Source: an uncultured Flavobacterium sp. (GTDB lineage: Bacteria > Bacteroidota > Bacteroidia > Flavobacteriales > Flavobacteriaceae). From it: a DNA stretch of 64,000 nt. Location: contig NZ_CALBSN010000090.1 in NCBI RefSeq assembly GCF_937967675.1, positions 6,851-70,850 on the forward strand. The letters run 5' to 3'. The notes beneath the pieces were generated by a model. That model had not been told where the DNA came from and ran no database searches. It saw only the letters and a list, made by a program, of their open reading frames with translations. Made by a program: the position numbers and the translations under genes. Shown here piece after piece: positions 20,107 to 32,528 of this stretch (position 1 is its first letter; the number at the start of each line of letters is the position of its first letter).

Positions 20107-21210
20107 ATGACAGCAGAATTATTAAAAGCCAATGAGCTTCAAAAAGTAGACCCTGTTTTTGGTCAAGTATCTTTTGATGGTCATGAGCAAGTTGTATTTT
20201 GTCACGACAAAGATACAGGATTAAAAGCAATTATTGGAATTCATAACACAGTTTTAGGACCTGCATTAGGAGGAACTAGAATGTGGAATTATACAAACGA
20301 ATGGGAAGCGTTAAACGATGTTTTGCGTTTGTCTCGTGGAATGACTTTCAAAAACTCAATTTCAGGATTAAATTTAGGTGGTGGAAAAGCGGTTATCATT
20401 GGTGACGCTAAAACTCAAAAAACACCTGAATTAATGCGTCGTTTTGGACAGTTTGTAGATTCATTATCAGGAAAATATATCACTGCAGAAGATGTAGGAA
20501 TGGAAACTAAAGACATGGATACAGTTAACGAAGTAACAAAACATGTTGCCGGTATTTCTGTTGAAAGAGGTGGTTCTGGAAACCCTTCTCCTGTTACAGC
20601 TTACGGAGTTTTCATGGGAATGAAAGCAGCAGCTAAATATAAATTCGGTTCTGATAATTTAGAAGGTAAAAGTGTTTTAGTACAAGGAATTGGTCACGTT
20701 GGTGAATCGTTAGTGCAACACTTAACAGAAAGTGGTGCAATCGTAACGATTACAGATATCAACGAAGATAGAGTACACCAAGTAGGAGCTAAGTATGGAG
20801 CTAAAATTTTTACTGGTGCTGACATATACAGTGCTGATGTAGATATTTACGCACCTTGTGCTTTAGGAGCTACTATTAATGATGCTACTATAAACAATAT
20901 CAAAGCTTCTATTATTGCTGGAGCAGCTAATAATCAATTAGCAAACGAAGCAGTTCATGGAAAAATCTTAAAAGAAAAAGGTATTTTATATGCACCTGAT
21001 TTCTTAATCAATGCAGGTGGTGTTATCAACGTGTATTCAGAATTGGTAAAATGGACGAATGCTCAGGTAATGGAGAAAACAGAAAACATCTATAATACAG
21101 CATTAGAGATTTTTAAATTTGCAGATGATAACAACATTACTACACATCAAGCGGCTTTTTCAATGGCGCAAAAACGTATTGATGATGCAAAAAATGAATT
21201 AAAGAAGTAA
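20107..21210 (+). CDS. Glu/Leu/Phe/Val dehydrogenase family enzyme (leucine-dehydrogenase type)
   Basis: Catalytic-Lys region LNLGGGKAVI and Rossmann motif VQGIGHVG, about 366 aa. I prefer the ATG at 20107 to the TTG at 20077. Confidence 0.8.
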   Translation: MTAELLKANELQKVDPVFGQVSFDGHEQVVFCHDKDTGLKAIIGIHNTVLGPALGGTRMWNYTNEWEALNDVLRLSRGMTFKNSISGLNLGGGKAVIIGDAKTQKTPELMRRFGQFVDSLSGKYITAEDVGMETKDMDTVNEVTKHVAGISVERGGSGNPSPVTAYGVFMGMKAAAKYKFGSDNLEGKSVLVQGIGHVGESLVQHLTESGAIVTITDINEDRVHQVGAKYGAKIFTGADIYSADVDIYAPCALGATINDATINNIKASIIAGAANNQLANEAVHGKILKEKGILYAPDFLINAGGVINVYSELVKWTNAQVMEKTENIYNTALEIFKFADDNNITTHQAAFSMAQKRIDDAKNELKK

Positions 21211-21239
21211 TTCGTTTTAAATAAAATTGTATTTTTGCA

Positions 21240-21265
21240 GAGCGAAAGAGGCAACTTTTTCGCTC
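21240..21265 (+). terminator. Terminator after the dehydrogenase gene
   Basis: Stem gagcgaaa (21240-21247) / tttcgctc (21258-21265), followed by tttt. Confidence 0.6.
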
Positions 21266-21293
21266 TTTTAATTTTATAAAGTTCTTAATTAGT

Positions 21294-22235
21294 ATGTTAA
21301 ACAGAAGACATATCCGAGTAAAAGTGATGCAAAGTATTTATGCAATGCACCAACACCAATCTGATAATTTGGATAAAGAAGAAAAATTTCTTTTTCAAAG
21401 TATCGAAAACACCCAAAACTTGTATCTTTTATTGCTTTCAGCCTTAATAGAAATCAAAAAGAAAGAAGAAGAATACATCGATTTGGCTTCTAAAAAACAT
21501 TTAGCTACTAAAGAAGAAATCAATCCTAACTTAAAATTTATCAATAATAAAGTTTTGGTTTTACTAACCGAATCGGAAGCGTTGGAAACTGCTATAGATG
21601 ATCATAACATCAATAACTGGAAATTAAATGATGATATTATTTTAGGTTTAATTGATACGATTAAAGAAAGTGAGTTGTATCAAAATTACATGCAAAAACC
21701 TGTTGGTGATTTTGAAGATGATAAAAAATTCATCGTTGATTTATATACTGAAGTTATCGCTCCAAGCGACCGTTTATATGATTATTTGGAAGATCATAAA
21801 TTGACTTGGTTGGACGATTTACCAGCAATTAATACTTTAATTGTGAAACAAATCAAACAATTAAAAGGAGAAAATGATACTTTGATTGTTCCAAAAGTTT
21901 ACAAAGACGAAGATGATAAAGATTTCGTAAAAAACTTGTTTAGAAAAACGGTTTTGAATGAAATGGAATTATCAAAAGAGTACATTGATAAAACGCCTAA
22001 TTGGGATGTAGAACGTATTGCTGAAATTGATACCATTATCTTAAAAATGGCAATTTGTGAGTTGTTGAAATTTCCATCTATTCCAACGAAAGTAACAATT
22101 AACGAATATTTAGAAATTGCAAAAGAGTATTCTACGCCAAAAAGTAGTATTTTTATCAACGGAATTTTAGATAACTTGGTAAAAGAATTTACTCAAGATG
22201 GTAAATTAAAAAAATCAGGTAGAGGTTTATTATAA
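21294..22235 (+). CDS. nusB: Transcription antitermination factor NusB (long Bacteroidota form)
   Basis: 313 aa. The C-terminal roughly 130 aa carry the NusB pattern (ERIAEIDTIILKMAICEL…INEYLEIAKEYSTPKSSIFINGILD). Confidence 0.8.
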   Translation: MLNRRHIRVKVMQSIYAMHQHQSDNLDKEEKFLFQSIENTQNLYLLLLSALIEIKKKEEEYIDLASKKHLATKEEINPNLKFINNKVLVLLTESEALETAIDDHNINNWKLNDDIILGLIDTIKESELYQNYMQKPVGDFEDDKKFIVDLYTEVIAPSDRLYDYLEDHKLTWLDDLPAINTLIVKQIKQLKGENDTLIVPKVYKDEDDKDFVKNLFRKTVLNEMELSKEYIDKTPNWDVERIAEIDTIILKMAICELLKFPSIPTKVTINEYLEIAKEYSTPKSSIFINGILDNLVKEFTQDGKLKKSGRGLL

Positions 22236-22246
22236 ATTTTAATAAT

Positions 22247-22705
22247 ATGATTAGAAAATCACTTAGTTTATTAGCTGTTTCATTTGTTTTTTTAGCCGTT
22301 TCTTGTAGACAAGAAAGTGCAGCCGATAAAATTACAGATGCTGATATGAAAACTGTTGAAGCAGAAAAAGTATTAGTTGGAAAATTACCAATAATAGAAT
22401 TAGACAAAGAAATTCATGATTTTGGTGCCATTACAGAAGGTGATGTAGTGGAAACAGAATTTACCGTTAAAAATGTTGGGGAATCTGATTTAATTATTTC
22501 AGATGCAAAAGGAAGTTGTGGTTGTACTGTTCCTCAACCACCAAAAGATCCAATTAAACCTGGAGATTTTGCACCAATAAAAGTATCTTTTGACTCTAAA
22601 AATAAACCAGGAGAGCAAGAAAAAACAGTAACGTTAACGACTAATACTGAGAATGGTCATGAAACGTTCAAAATTAAAGCAAATGTAACACCAGCTGCTA
22701 AATAG
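22247..22705 (+). CDS. DUF1573 lipoprotein
   Basis: Lipobox LAVSC and the DUF1573 hallmark GSCGCTVP. Confidence 0.75.
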   Translation: MIRKSLSLLAVSFVFLAVSCRQESAADKITDADMKTVEAEKVLVGKLPIIELDKEIHDFGAITEGDVVETEFTVKNVGESDLIISDAKGSCGCTVPQPPKDPIKPGDFAPIKVSFDSKNKPGEQEKTVTLTTNTENGHETFKIKANVTPAAK

Positions 22706-22724
22706 TAGCTTTAATAATTAGTAT

Positions 22725-22994
22725 ATGAATTCAAGTTTAGCAATACAATTAGTATTAATGATTGCCGTGTTTTATTTCTTATTAATAAGACCACAACAAC
22801 AGAGAGCCAAAAAAGAAAAAGCATTTGAAACCGGATTAAAAGTAGGGGATAGAATCATCACTAAAGCAGGAATCCACGGTAAAATTGCAGAAATGAATGA
22901 AGATACTGTAGTAGTTGAAACTATGGCAGGTAAAATTAAAATGGAGAAATCTGCTATTTCTATGGAAATGAGCGCTAAATTAGCAGCAAAATAA
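22725..22994 (+). CDS. yajC: Preprotein translocase subunit YajC
   Basis: 89 aa with one TM followed by RPQQQRAKK…GDRIITKAGIHGKI. Confidence 0.85.
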   Translation: MNSSLAIQLVLMIAVFYFLLIRPQQQRAKKEKAFETGLKVGDRIITKAGIHGKIAEMNEDTVVVETMAGKIKMEKSAISMEMSAKLAAK

Positions 22995-23014
22995 GATTTT
23001 TTAAATAGTAAAAA

Positions 23015-23042
23015 AGCCGAATTTCAATATTGAAATTCGGCT
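23015..23042. terminator. Bidirectional terminator (perfect 28-nt palindrome)
   Basis: agccgaatttcaatattgaaattcggct, flanked by an a-run and a t-run, lying between convergent genes. Confidence 0.8.
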
Positions 23043-23046
23043 TTTT

Positions 23047-23636
23047 TTATGCTCTGTATTTGTCGTTTAAACCTCGTCCTTCTATAATTATTGGAATGAT
23101 TTTTTCCAGACGAGTAATTTGTGTTTTTTCTTGTTTAGCAGAAGTTATGTATTCAATAAATTCTCTTTGTTTGTAAGGAGCAAATGCATTGAATTTGTTT
23201 AAAAGGTCTGAATTTTTATCCAATTCGTTTTGTAGTAATTCAGGAATTATTGTTTCCTTTTTTTCTTTTGGAATAGCCAATCCTTTTTTTCAATTTCAAT
23301 AGCTTCTTTAATATAGGCTAAAATTAATTTCTCATCAATTTCGTTAATTGAATTGAATCGCATTTGCCTTAATGATTTCGTGTTTTCTTCATTTGCATTG
23401 ATGAGCAATTTCTTTTCATCTTTCAAAAAAACACCATTGTAAAACCAAATTCCAAAATAGGATTTAAAACCACCGATACCAACTACATTTTTGTTTTTAT
23501 AGGTATAAACAGGACCACCCCATTTTGTAGTTTCAATTAAAGGTGTTTTCCGAATGATAGCGTGTAATTGCTCTAATTCGTTTTCCCATTGGTTGGTTTT
23601 ATTCCATTTGTTTTCTTTTTCCAAAATTGTATGCAT
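23047..23636 (-). pseudogene. Frameshifted DUF1801 + YdeI/OmpD-associated family gene
   Basis: ORFs 23247-23636 and 23047-23280 overlap by 34 nt in different frames. Together they reconstitute the usual single DUF1801-YdeI protein. The shift sits at a T7 homopolymer around 23283-23290. Confidence 0.6.
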
Positions 23637-23673
23637 TTGTGTTTATCAAATATAAATAATCTTCATAAAAAAA

Positions 23674-23693
23674 AAGAGGAACAAAGTCCTCTT
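23674..23693 (-). terminator. Terminator downstream of the M28 peptidase gene
   Basis: Stem aagagga (23674-23680) / tcctctt (23687-23693). On the minus strand it is followed by a T-run (a-run 23667-23675). Confidence 0.6.
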
Positions 23694-23703
23694 TAATTAA
23701 ATT

Positions 23704-25944
23704 TTAGAATTTTACTTTTACAGTAATTGGTTTACCGTTTCTCATTATGGTTACGTCTTTTTCATCGCCAACACTTAATTTGGATAAGCAATCCATATAA
23801 CCGTATACTTCTTTTATTTCGCAATCTCCAATTTTTACTAGAATATCACCCGCTAAAATTCCCGCTGCATGAGCCGGACGATTATCCGTAACACCATCAA
23901 TATGTAAACCATCTCCATGATCGGTGTAATCAGGCATAATTCCTAAAGTTACTTTGTATTTTGGAACTACTTTTTCAGTATTCATAGCTGTTTTAGTGAA
24001 CTCAACTTTCTCTAATTTCTCAATTTCTGAACAAACTCTGAATACATAATCCGTAATGTTTCTTACACCGTAGTAATTGATTTTATCCTCATCATCACTT
24101 GGTTTGTGATAATCATTATGAGTACCAGTAAAGAAAAACAACACCGGAATATCTTTTAAATAAAATGAAGTGTGGTCAGAAGGTCCTTGTCCTGCAAGGT
24201 CTAAAGTAACATTAAAGCCAGCTGGTTTATTTTTGTTTACGATGTTTGTGAATTCAGGAGAAGTTCCTACGCCACCCACAGTTAACCCTTTATCTGCATT
24301 TAATCTTCCAATCATATCCATGTTTATCATCGTTACTACATTAGGATATAATGATTTTAAAGTTTCTGCCATGTGTTTTGAACCAATTAAACCATCTTCT
24401 TCGCCTGAAAATAGAGCAAAAATATAATTCGCATTTTCTTTGGTTTTGTTTTTTGATAGCATACGAGCTAATTCCAAAACTCCAGCAACACCAGAAGAAT
24501 TATCATCTGCTCCGTTATGAATTTCGCCATGTGAATTAGGTTTTGTAGAATGGTTGTGTTCGTTTAAACCTAAATGGTCGTAATGTGCTCCAATAATGAT
24601 GGTTTTAGAAGCTTTGTTATCTAAAAACGCAATTACATTGGTTCCTTGATTGGCTTTGTCACCCGAACCATCTGTAGCATGAGGATTCAATTTTACTTTG
24701 TAATTGAATTTTTGGAAATAACTATTGTTTGCATAAGGTTTTAATCCTAAAGCTTTGAATTCTTTTGCAATATAATCGGCAGCTTTTTTCTCGCCTTCTG
24801 AACCCGTTAAACGTCCTTGTAATTCGTCAGAAGCTAAATAACTAATGTGTTTCTTTAGTGACTTTGGTTGTGCAATTTCGGCAGCATCACCTTCAACCCA
24901 ATCCGCGATGAACACATTGGTTTCTCTTGGTTTGCTTTGCATTCTGTTACTAGAGAACACCAATTTTTTTCCATCAGGAGAAAACATTGGAAACGCATTA
25001 AATTCGCTTTCCCAAGTAATTTGCTGTAAATTTTCACCATTGGTATCAATCATGTACAATTGGAAATCATAACCACGTGTGGAATGATGATTCGAGGAGA
25101 AGATAATTTTTTTATCAGAAGGGTGGAAGTAAGGTGCCCAATTGGCTTTCCCAAGATTCGTAATCTGTTTTAAATCAGTACCATCGATGTTGCAAGTATA
25201 GATTTCCATTTCAGATGGCGCTACTAAATTTTGTGCTAATAAATCTTTATACTCTTTAATCGCTTCAGGCGTTTTTGGACGAGATGAACGGAATACGATT
25301 TTCTTACTATCATGCGAAAAGAAGCAACCACCATCATATCCTAATCCAGAAGTGATTTGTTTTAAATTGCTACCATCAATATCCATTACATAGATTTCCA
25401 AATCACCACTTCTAATACTGGTGAACGCAATTTTTTTTCCGTCAGGTGAAACCACAGCTTCTGCATCATAACCTGGAGAATTAGTGAATTGTTTTACAAT
25501 ATTTCCTTTTAAATCAGCCATGTAAATGTCAAATTCAGGATAAATTGCCCAAAGATATTTACCATCAATTGGTTTTGGTGGAGCCGGACATGCATGATCT
25601 GCTGCGTGAGTGGAAGCGTAAATAATATGTTTTCCATCAGGCATATAGAAAGAACAAGTAGTTCTTCCTTTTCCAGTTGAAACTAATTGTAAGCTTTTTT
25701 CATTAAATTCTTGAGCTTGTAAATCCAACATAAAGATTTGGTCGCACGAAACTCCAAAGGCTTTATTGGTAACTTGAAGCGTTAGTTTATCTCCTTTTGG
25801 ACTAAAATAAGCTTCGGCATTATCGCCACCAAAAGTTAATTGTTTGATGTTTTTAAGATGTTTTTCTTGTGCTAACGTAATTGTAGAAATTGAGACAAGC
25901 GCAACTAATAATAGATTCTTTTTAAGGTTTATTTTTTGAAACAT
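23704..25944 (-). CDS. Secreted TolB-like beta-propeller / M28 aminopeptidase / PDZ fusion protein
   Basis: Signal peptide. Repeated PD40-type motifs (SPDGKKIAFTS, SHDSKKIVFRS, HPSDKKIIFSS, SPDGKKLVFSS). M28 motifs GADDNSSGVAGVLELA and FSGEEDGLIGS. C-terminal PDZ (GILAGDILVKIGD). Start taken at M20 (25944). Confidence 0.8.
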   Translation of the reverse strand: MFQKINLKKNLLLVALVSISTITLAQEKHLKNIKQLTFGGDNAEAYFSPKGDKLTLQVTNKAFGVSCDQIFMLDLQAQEFNEKSLQLVSTGKGRTTCSFYMPDGKHIIYASTHAADHACPAPPKPIDGKYLWAIYPEFDIYMADLKGNIVKQFTNSPGYDAEAVVSPDGKKIAFTSIRSGDLEIYVMDIDGSNLKQITSGLGYDGGCFFSHDSKKIVFRSSRPKTPEAIKEYKDLLAQNLVAPSEMEIYTCNIDGTDLKQITNLGKANWAPYFHPSDKKIIFSSNHHSTRGYDFQLYMIDTNGENLQQITWESEFNAFPMFSPDGKKLVFSSNRMQSKPRETNVFIADWVEGDAAEIAQPKSLKKHISYLASDELQGRLTGSEGEKKAADYIAKEFKALGLKPYANNSYFQKFNYKVKLNPHATDGSGDKANQGTNVIAFLDNKASKTIIIGAHYDHLGLNEHNHSTKPNSHGEIHNGADDNSSGVAGVLELARMLSKNKTKENANYIFALFSGEEDGLIGSKHMAETLKSLYPNVVTMINMDMIGRLNADKGLTVGGVGTSPEFTNIVNKNKPAGFNVTLDLAGQGPSDHTSFYLKDIPVLFFFTGTHNDYHKPSDDEDKINYYGVRNITDYVFRVCSEIEKLEKVEFTKTAMNTEKVVPKYKVTLGIMPDYTDHGDGLHIDGVTDNRPAHAAGILAGDILVKIGDCEIKEVYGYMDCLSKLSVGDEKDVTIMRNGKPITVKVKF

Positions 25945-26048
25945 AATTGTTTTGATTTTTATTGAATAAGAATAGAATTGCGAATATACAAAAAAAGACA
26001 AGCTGTAAATTGCCTGTCTTTATAATAGTTATCTATTATGAAATAGAT

Positions 26049-27293
26049 TTATTTTTTAGTTGTAGCTGTAATTTCAGCAATTTTCACAATAACTTCAGTA
26101 GCTTTAACCATACTTTCAACAGGAACATATTCATATTTCCCGTGGAAGTTATGACCACCTGCAAAGATGTTCGGACAAGGTAATCCTTTGTACGATAATT
26201 GACAACCATCAGTTCCACCTCGAATAGGTTTGATGATTGGTTTTATACCTAATTCTTTCATCGCTTTTTCGGCAATTTCAACAATATGGAAAACAGGTTT
26301 TACCTTTTCTTTCATGTTGTAGTATTGGTCTTTTACTTCCTCAATTACGATTTCTTCACCAAATTGTTTTTGCCATTTTTTATTGAATTTATTGGCTAAT
26401 TCATGTATAAACTCTTTTCTCTCTTTGAATTTTTTAGCACTATGGTCGCGAATGATTAATTCAACCACTGTTTCTTCAATACTTCCAGAAATTCCAACTA
26501 CGTGAAAGAATCCTTCGTAACCTTTAGTTTTTTCAGGAATTTCTTTCTTTGGTAATTTAGAAATGAATTGGTTGGCTAACAACATCGAGTTGATCATTTT
26601 TCCTTTAGCATATCCTGGATGAACGCTTTTTCCTTTGAATGTAATTTTAGCTCCAGCGGCATTGAAATTTTCGTACTCCAATTCTCCAATTTGACTTCCA
26701 TCCATGGTGTAAGCCCAATCACAACCAAATTTTTCAACATCAAATTTATGAGCACCACGACCAATTTCCTCATCTGGCGTAAAACCTACACGAATTTTAC
26801 CGTGTTTAATTTCTGGATGTTGAATAAGGTATTCCATTGCCGACATAATTTCGGTAATACCCGCTTTATCATCGGCACCAAGTAATGTAGTTCCATCGGT
26901 AGTGATTAAAGTTTGTCCTTTATATAAAAGTAAATCTTTGAAATAACTTGGTGATAAAACGATATTTTGTTTCTTATTTAAAACGATATCACCACCATCA
27001 TAATTTTTTACAATTTGAGGTTTTACGTTAGCTCCAGTAAAATCAGGTGTAGTGTCGTAGTGAGAAACAAAACCTATAGTAGGAACTTCGTGTTTTACAT
27101 TACTTTCTAAAGTAGCCATAACATAACCATTTTTATCGATAGTTACATCGGTCATCCCCATTACTTTTAGTTCTTTTACTAATAGATTGGCTAGGTCTAA
27201 TTGTTTTTTTGTGCTTGGAGTAGTATCTGAATTTGGATCAGATTCGGTGTCTATAGTAACGTAGCTTATAAAGCGATTTATAATATGTTGCAT
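26049..27293 (-). CDS. pepT: Peptidase T (M20B tripeptidase)
   Basis: Motifs [13 protein letters not shown] and [10 protein letters not shown] chose the start at M7 (27293) because a -7 box overlaps the tracked start codon. Confidence 0.9.
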   Translation of the reverse strand: MQHIINRFISYVTIDTESDPNSDTTPSTKKQLDLANLLVKELKVMGMTDVTIDKNGYVMATLESNVKHEVPTIGFVSHYDTTPDFTGANVKPQIVKNYDGGDIVLNKKQNIVLSPSYFKDLLLYKGQTLITTDGTTLLGADDKAGITEIMSAMEYLIQHPEIKHGKIRVGFTPDEEIGRGAHKFDVEKFGCDWAYTMDGSQIGELEYENFNAAGAKITFKGKSVHPGYAKGKMINSMLLANQFISKLPKKEIPEKTKGYEGFFHVVGISGSIEETVVELIIRDHSAKKFKERKEFIHELANKFNKKWQKQFGEEIVIEEVKDQYYNMKEKVKPVFHIVEIAEKAMKELGIKPIIKPIRGGTDGCQLSYKGLPCPNIFAGGHNFHGKYEYVPVESMVKATEVIVKIAEITATTKK

Positions 27294-27308
27294 AATTAAT
27301 ATTTTGTA

Positions 27309-27316
27309 CAAATATA
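27309..27316 (-). promoter_or_regulatory. -7 promoter box (TAnnTTTG) for pepT
   Basis: Plus-strand caaatata, 16 nt upstream of the ATG at 27293. Confidence 0.45.
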
Positions 27317-27482
27317 AATATTAATACGGTATTTTTAGAGTATAAGAGCAGTACTATTTAAAATAGGTATTTCTTATAGTAGACTACAACTCTTTATCAA
27401 TAAAATCTATACTTATATAAAAAATAACATTCTAAAGTATAAAAAAACCATTTTAAATTAATCGAAATTTGATCAACTTTAA

Positions 27483-29825
<2,343 letters not shown>

Positions 29826-29849
29826 GTTCTTATTTACCCAAATAGGATG

Positions 29850-29874
29850 GCCTGCAGATGTAATGTTTGCGGGC
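29850..29874 (+). terminator. katG terminator
   Basis: Stem gcctgca (29850-29856) / tgcgggc (29868-29874) with one G-U pair, followed by a T-run of at least 9. Confidence 0.75.
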
Positions 29875-30034
29875 TTTTTTTATTTTTTTTCCTTAAGAAG
29901 AATAAAGTATTGCGATGTTGAAATATTTTTTTACTTTCAAAAGATTTTTACTTTGTTATACAAATTAGGTATTTATACTTAGAAGGATAAGCATTTTGAT
30001 TTTTAGATTTGCCAATAATTTTAAACTTTAAAAA

Positions 30035-30496
30035 ATGAAAAAAATCTTATCAATTGCCGTAATTTTATTTACGTTGTTATCATGTAGTTCTGATGATAGT
30101 AATTCTAGAAACTCAGATACTTATATTAAGTTTACTATTAATGGAACTAATTATAATTTCAGAGACATTATTACTGCGGAATCTGGAGCTATTACTATTA
30201 ATGGAAATAACGGAACGTTAACAAATCCTGGTGATACACAATTAACTCTTTGGTTGCCATTAATGCTATCAAATGGAACTTTTGATGTTGATGATAGTTT
30301 TGAAAATCCGTATCAAATTTCATTTGATTCTCAGGCATTGAATTTTGATTTTGATTTTGCGGAATTAGGAACTATTACAATAACACAATCGACAGGTGAT
30401 TATATCAAAGGAACTTTTACAGCAACTATAACAAATAGTAATGACCAAACTATTAATATTACAAATGGTGAGTTCAAAGCTTATTCAATGGAATAG
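30035..30496 (+). CDS. Lipoprotein, function unknown
   Basis: Lipobox LLSCSSDD on a 153-aa beta-rich protein. Confidence 0.7.
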   Translation: MKKILSIAVILFTLLSCSSDDSNSRNSDTYIKFTINGTNYNFRDIITAESGAITINGNNGTLTNPGDTQLTLWLPLMLSNGTFDVDDSFENPYQISFDSQALNFDFDFAELGTITITQSTGDYIKGTFTATITNSNDQTINITNGEFKAYSME

Positions 30497-30517
30497 TAAT
30501 AAAAATGGAATAAAAAA

Positions 30518-30539
30518 AGGTTTACTAATTAGTAAACCT
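30518..30539. terminator. Bidirectional terminator between convergent lipoprotein genes
   Basis: aggtttacta / tagtaaacct palindrome, flanked by an a-run and a t-run. Confidence 0.75.
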
Positions 30540-30566
30540 TTTTTTATATAAACCATTTAAGTTTTA

Positions 30567-31001
30567 TTAATTGATTTTCTTTAAGTACCCTACTGTTTTA
30601 TAAACGATTCCCTCAGATGAAGTTTCGGTTATGTCATATTTCATGCGAGATGAGGTTAATGAAATTACGGTAATGGTTTCAGTTACACCTCCACTGTTGT
30701 AAAAAATGTTGGTTCCGTTATATGTATAGGTACCACTTGCATCTGCTGTTGCATTACAATTTACATCATTTTCAATCGAAACATAGGTACCGTTTGATTT
30801 GAATTCAACGTAATCTGGACAACTTGAATTCTCTTCAACTGTAATTACAGTTTCGTCAAGAACTCCATTTGTGTAATAATCAAATTTTTCAGACTTCCAT
30901 TTTCCTACAATTGATGTTGTACTTGAGTCTTCGTCACTGCTACACCCAGTAAACGTAATCATTAATCCTAATGATAGCGCTAATAATAATTTTTTTTTCA
31001 T
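30567..31001 (-). CDS. Lipocalin-like lipoprotein, function unknown
   Basis: Lipobox FTGCSSDED with VGKWK…-type lipocalin-like beta strands, 144 aa. Confidence 0.65.
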   Translation of the reverse strand: MKKKLLLALSLGLMITFTGCSSDEDSSTTSIVGKWKSEKFDYYTNGVLDETVITVEENSSCPDYVEFKSNGTYVSIENDVNCNATADASGTYTYNGTNIFYNSGGVTETITVISLTSSRMKYDITETSSEGIVYKTVGYLKKIN

Positions 31002-31067
31002 TTTTTGAAATTTAATTTAAAGCGTAAAACTAAGTAAAAATATAGATTTGCTTATACGTATTTATAC

Positions 31068-31727
31068 TTAATTCTTGTAATGCGACTTCAAAATTTTCCA
31101 AGTTCCAAAGGTTAGCAATAGTCTGTTTATTAGATTTAGAAATAAATTAAGTATCCATGCAGTAAAAAACAGTTCTTTGTTAATTAGATAGATACTATAT
31201 CCGAATAAATGCAAAAATAGCGTACCACAATAAACAAGAAGTAGTCCGAAAATTATATAGGAGTTAGGATGTGAATTTAAATTAATTTTCCACTGTAATT
31301 GTTTGAACCATAAAATAGCGCATATAATGATAAATACCGTTATTATAGCATTTAAAAAGCCATTAATATTTAAAAAGGTTTCATTGCTTACTTTAGGAAG
31401 ATTTATAAAAAATATTACAGTAAATAGTATTGTAAACGCTATAAAGATGACTTTAAATTTTTTATTTAACAGGTGATAAAAATAATAACTTAAGGTACCA
31501 AATGCTCCTACTTTATAGATCATGAACCAAGCAACAGTATTTATTTCTAGTATATAAGAACCAAAATATTCGTACAAACTAGCAATAAATACAAGAACAA
31601 TGTAGGGTAAAATGGGATTTTTAAATTTGTTAAATTTAGAATTTTTTATGAATATAAGGAGTAGTGGAATAAGTCCTGAAATAATTGCAGTGTAGAAAAA
31701 AAAGGTATAAATGGGTGACATGTACAT
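31068..31727 (-). CDS. Polytopic membrane protein (paralogue of 31816-32463)
   Basis: About 6-7 TM helices. The C-terminus WILNLFLNLINRLLLTFGTWK resembles WLINLFFNIFHKTLLILGMWK of its divergent neighbour. The start is uncertain (31727, 31721 or 31754). Confidence 0.65.
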   Translation of the reverse strand: MYMSPIYTFFFYTAIISGLIPLLLIFIKNSKFNKFKNPILPYIVLVFIASLYEYFGSYILEINTVAWFMIYKVGAFGTLSYYFYHLLNKKFKVIFIAFTILFTVIFFINLPKVSNETFLNINGFLNAIITVFIIICAILWFKQLQWKINLNSHPNSYIIFGLLLVYCGTLFLHLFGYSIYLINKELFFTAWILNLFLNLINRLLLTFGTWKILKSHYKN

Positions 31728-31786
31728 GGTGTGGAATTTTTTACAAATCAACATTAGATAAATTACAAATCCAAATTATAATGCCT

Positions 31787-31794
31787 TATATTTG
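31787..31794 (+). promoter_or_regulatory. -7 promoter box (TAnnTTTG)
   Basis: tatatttg, 22 nt upstream of the ATG at 31816. Confidence 0.5.
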
Positions 31795-31815
31795 AAAACT
31801 TGTATAAGACACTTT

Positions 31816-32463
31816 ATGAAAATATTATTACTTTTTACGATAATTTATTCCTTATTTCCCTTACTGTTTTATTGGATTATTAAGAGGAATTTAACTTTGG
31901 AAATTAAACCCATTTTACCTTTTGTTATCTTAAGTTTTGTAGGTGGAATTTATGAATTTGTATTTACATTTTTATTGCGAATAAATTCGGTTCCTTGGTT
32001 TTACACTTATGATTTTTTATCCTTTTTTACGATTCAATATTTTTTTTATATCATTTTAGGTAAAGAGAGAAAGCAATGGTTTCGAGTGAGTAGTTTGTTG
32101 TATTTTTTAATGTTTGTTTATTTGGTTTTTTCTCATACGATGGAAAAATATATGAATAACTTATCGTATTTGGTTTCATTTCTTACTTTATTAATTTTAA
32201 TTTATGCTCTTATTTGGTTTAAGAGAGTGTTTATGGAGGTTTCATTGCAATCCTTATCGGATAGTCCAACTTTTTACTTTGTTTCAGGATTTTTATTTTA
32301 CTACACGGGTGTTTTGGTTTTGTTTTTATTTGCGGATGCTATTTATAAAAACGAAAGACCTAATTTTCAATATTATTGGTTGATTAATTTATTTTTTAAT
32401 ATTTTTCACAAGACTTTATTAATACTTGGTATGTGGAAAGCTAGAAAAGAAATAGTGAATTAA
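31816..32463 (+). CDS. Polytopic membrane protein (paralogue of 31068-31727)
   Basis: About 6-7 TM helices, ending 65 nt upstream of the histidine kinase gene. I prefer the ATG at 31816 to the TTG at 31792. Confidence 0.65.
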   Translation: MKILLLFTIIYSLFPLLFYWIIKRNLTLEIKPILPFVILSFVGGIYEFVFTFLLRINSVPWFYTYDFLSFFTIQYFFYIILGKERKQWFRVSSLLYFLMFVYLVFSHTMEKYMNNLSYLVSFLTLLILIYALIWFKRVFMEVSLQSLSDSPTFYFVSGFLFYYTGVLVLFLFADAIYKNERPNFQYYWLINLFFNIFHKTLLILGMWKARKEIVN

Positions 32464-32528
32464 TTACGTATAAATACTTAGTACTATTAACAGGTTAACT
32501 TTTAAATTGGCATAAATTTACGTTTTGC

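Noticed and set aside
389-26885. Many 60-130-aa tracked ORFs nested antisense or out of frame inside long conserved genes, for example 389-598, 1022-1219, 2280-2603, 4679-4882, 8146-8529, 10015-10245, 10800-11096, 13356-13785, 18655-18903, 24170-25072 and 26619-26885.
   Set aside because: They are fully embedded in genes with clear family motifs. Their translations are low-complexity, with no start context or motifs. They are typical shadow ORFs of A+T-rich DNA.
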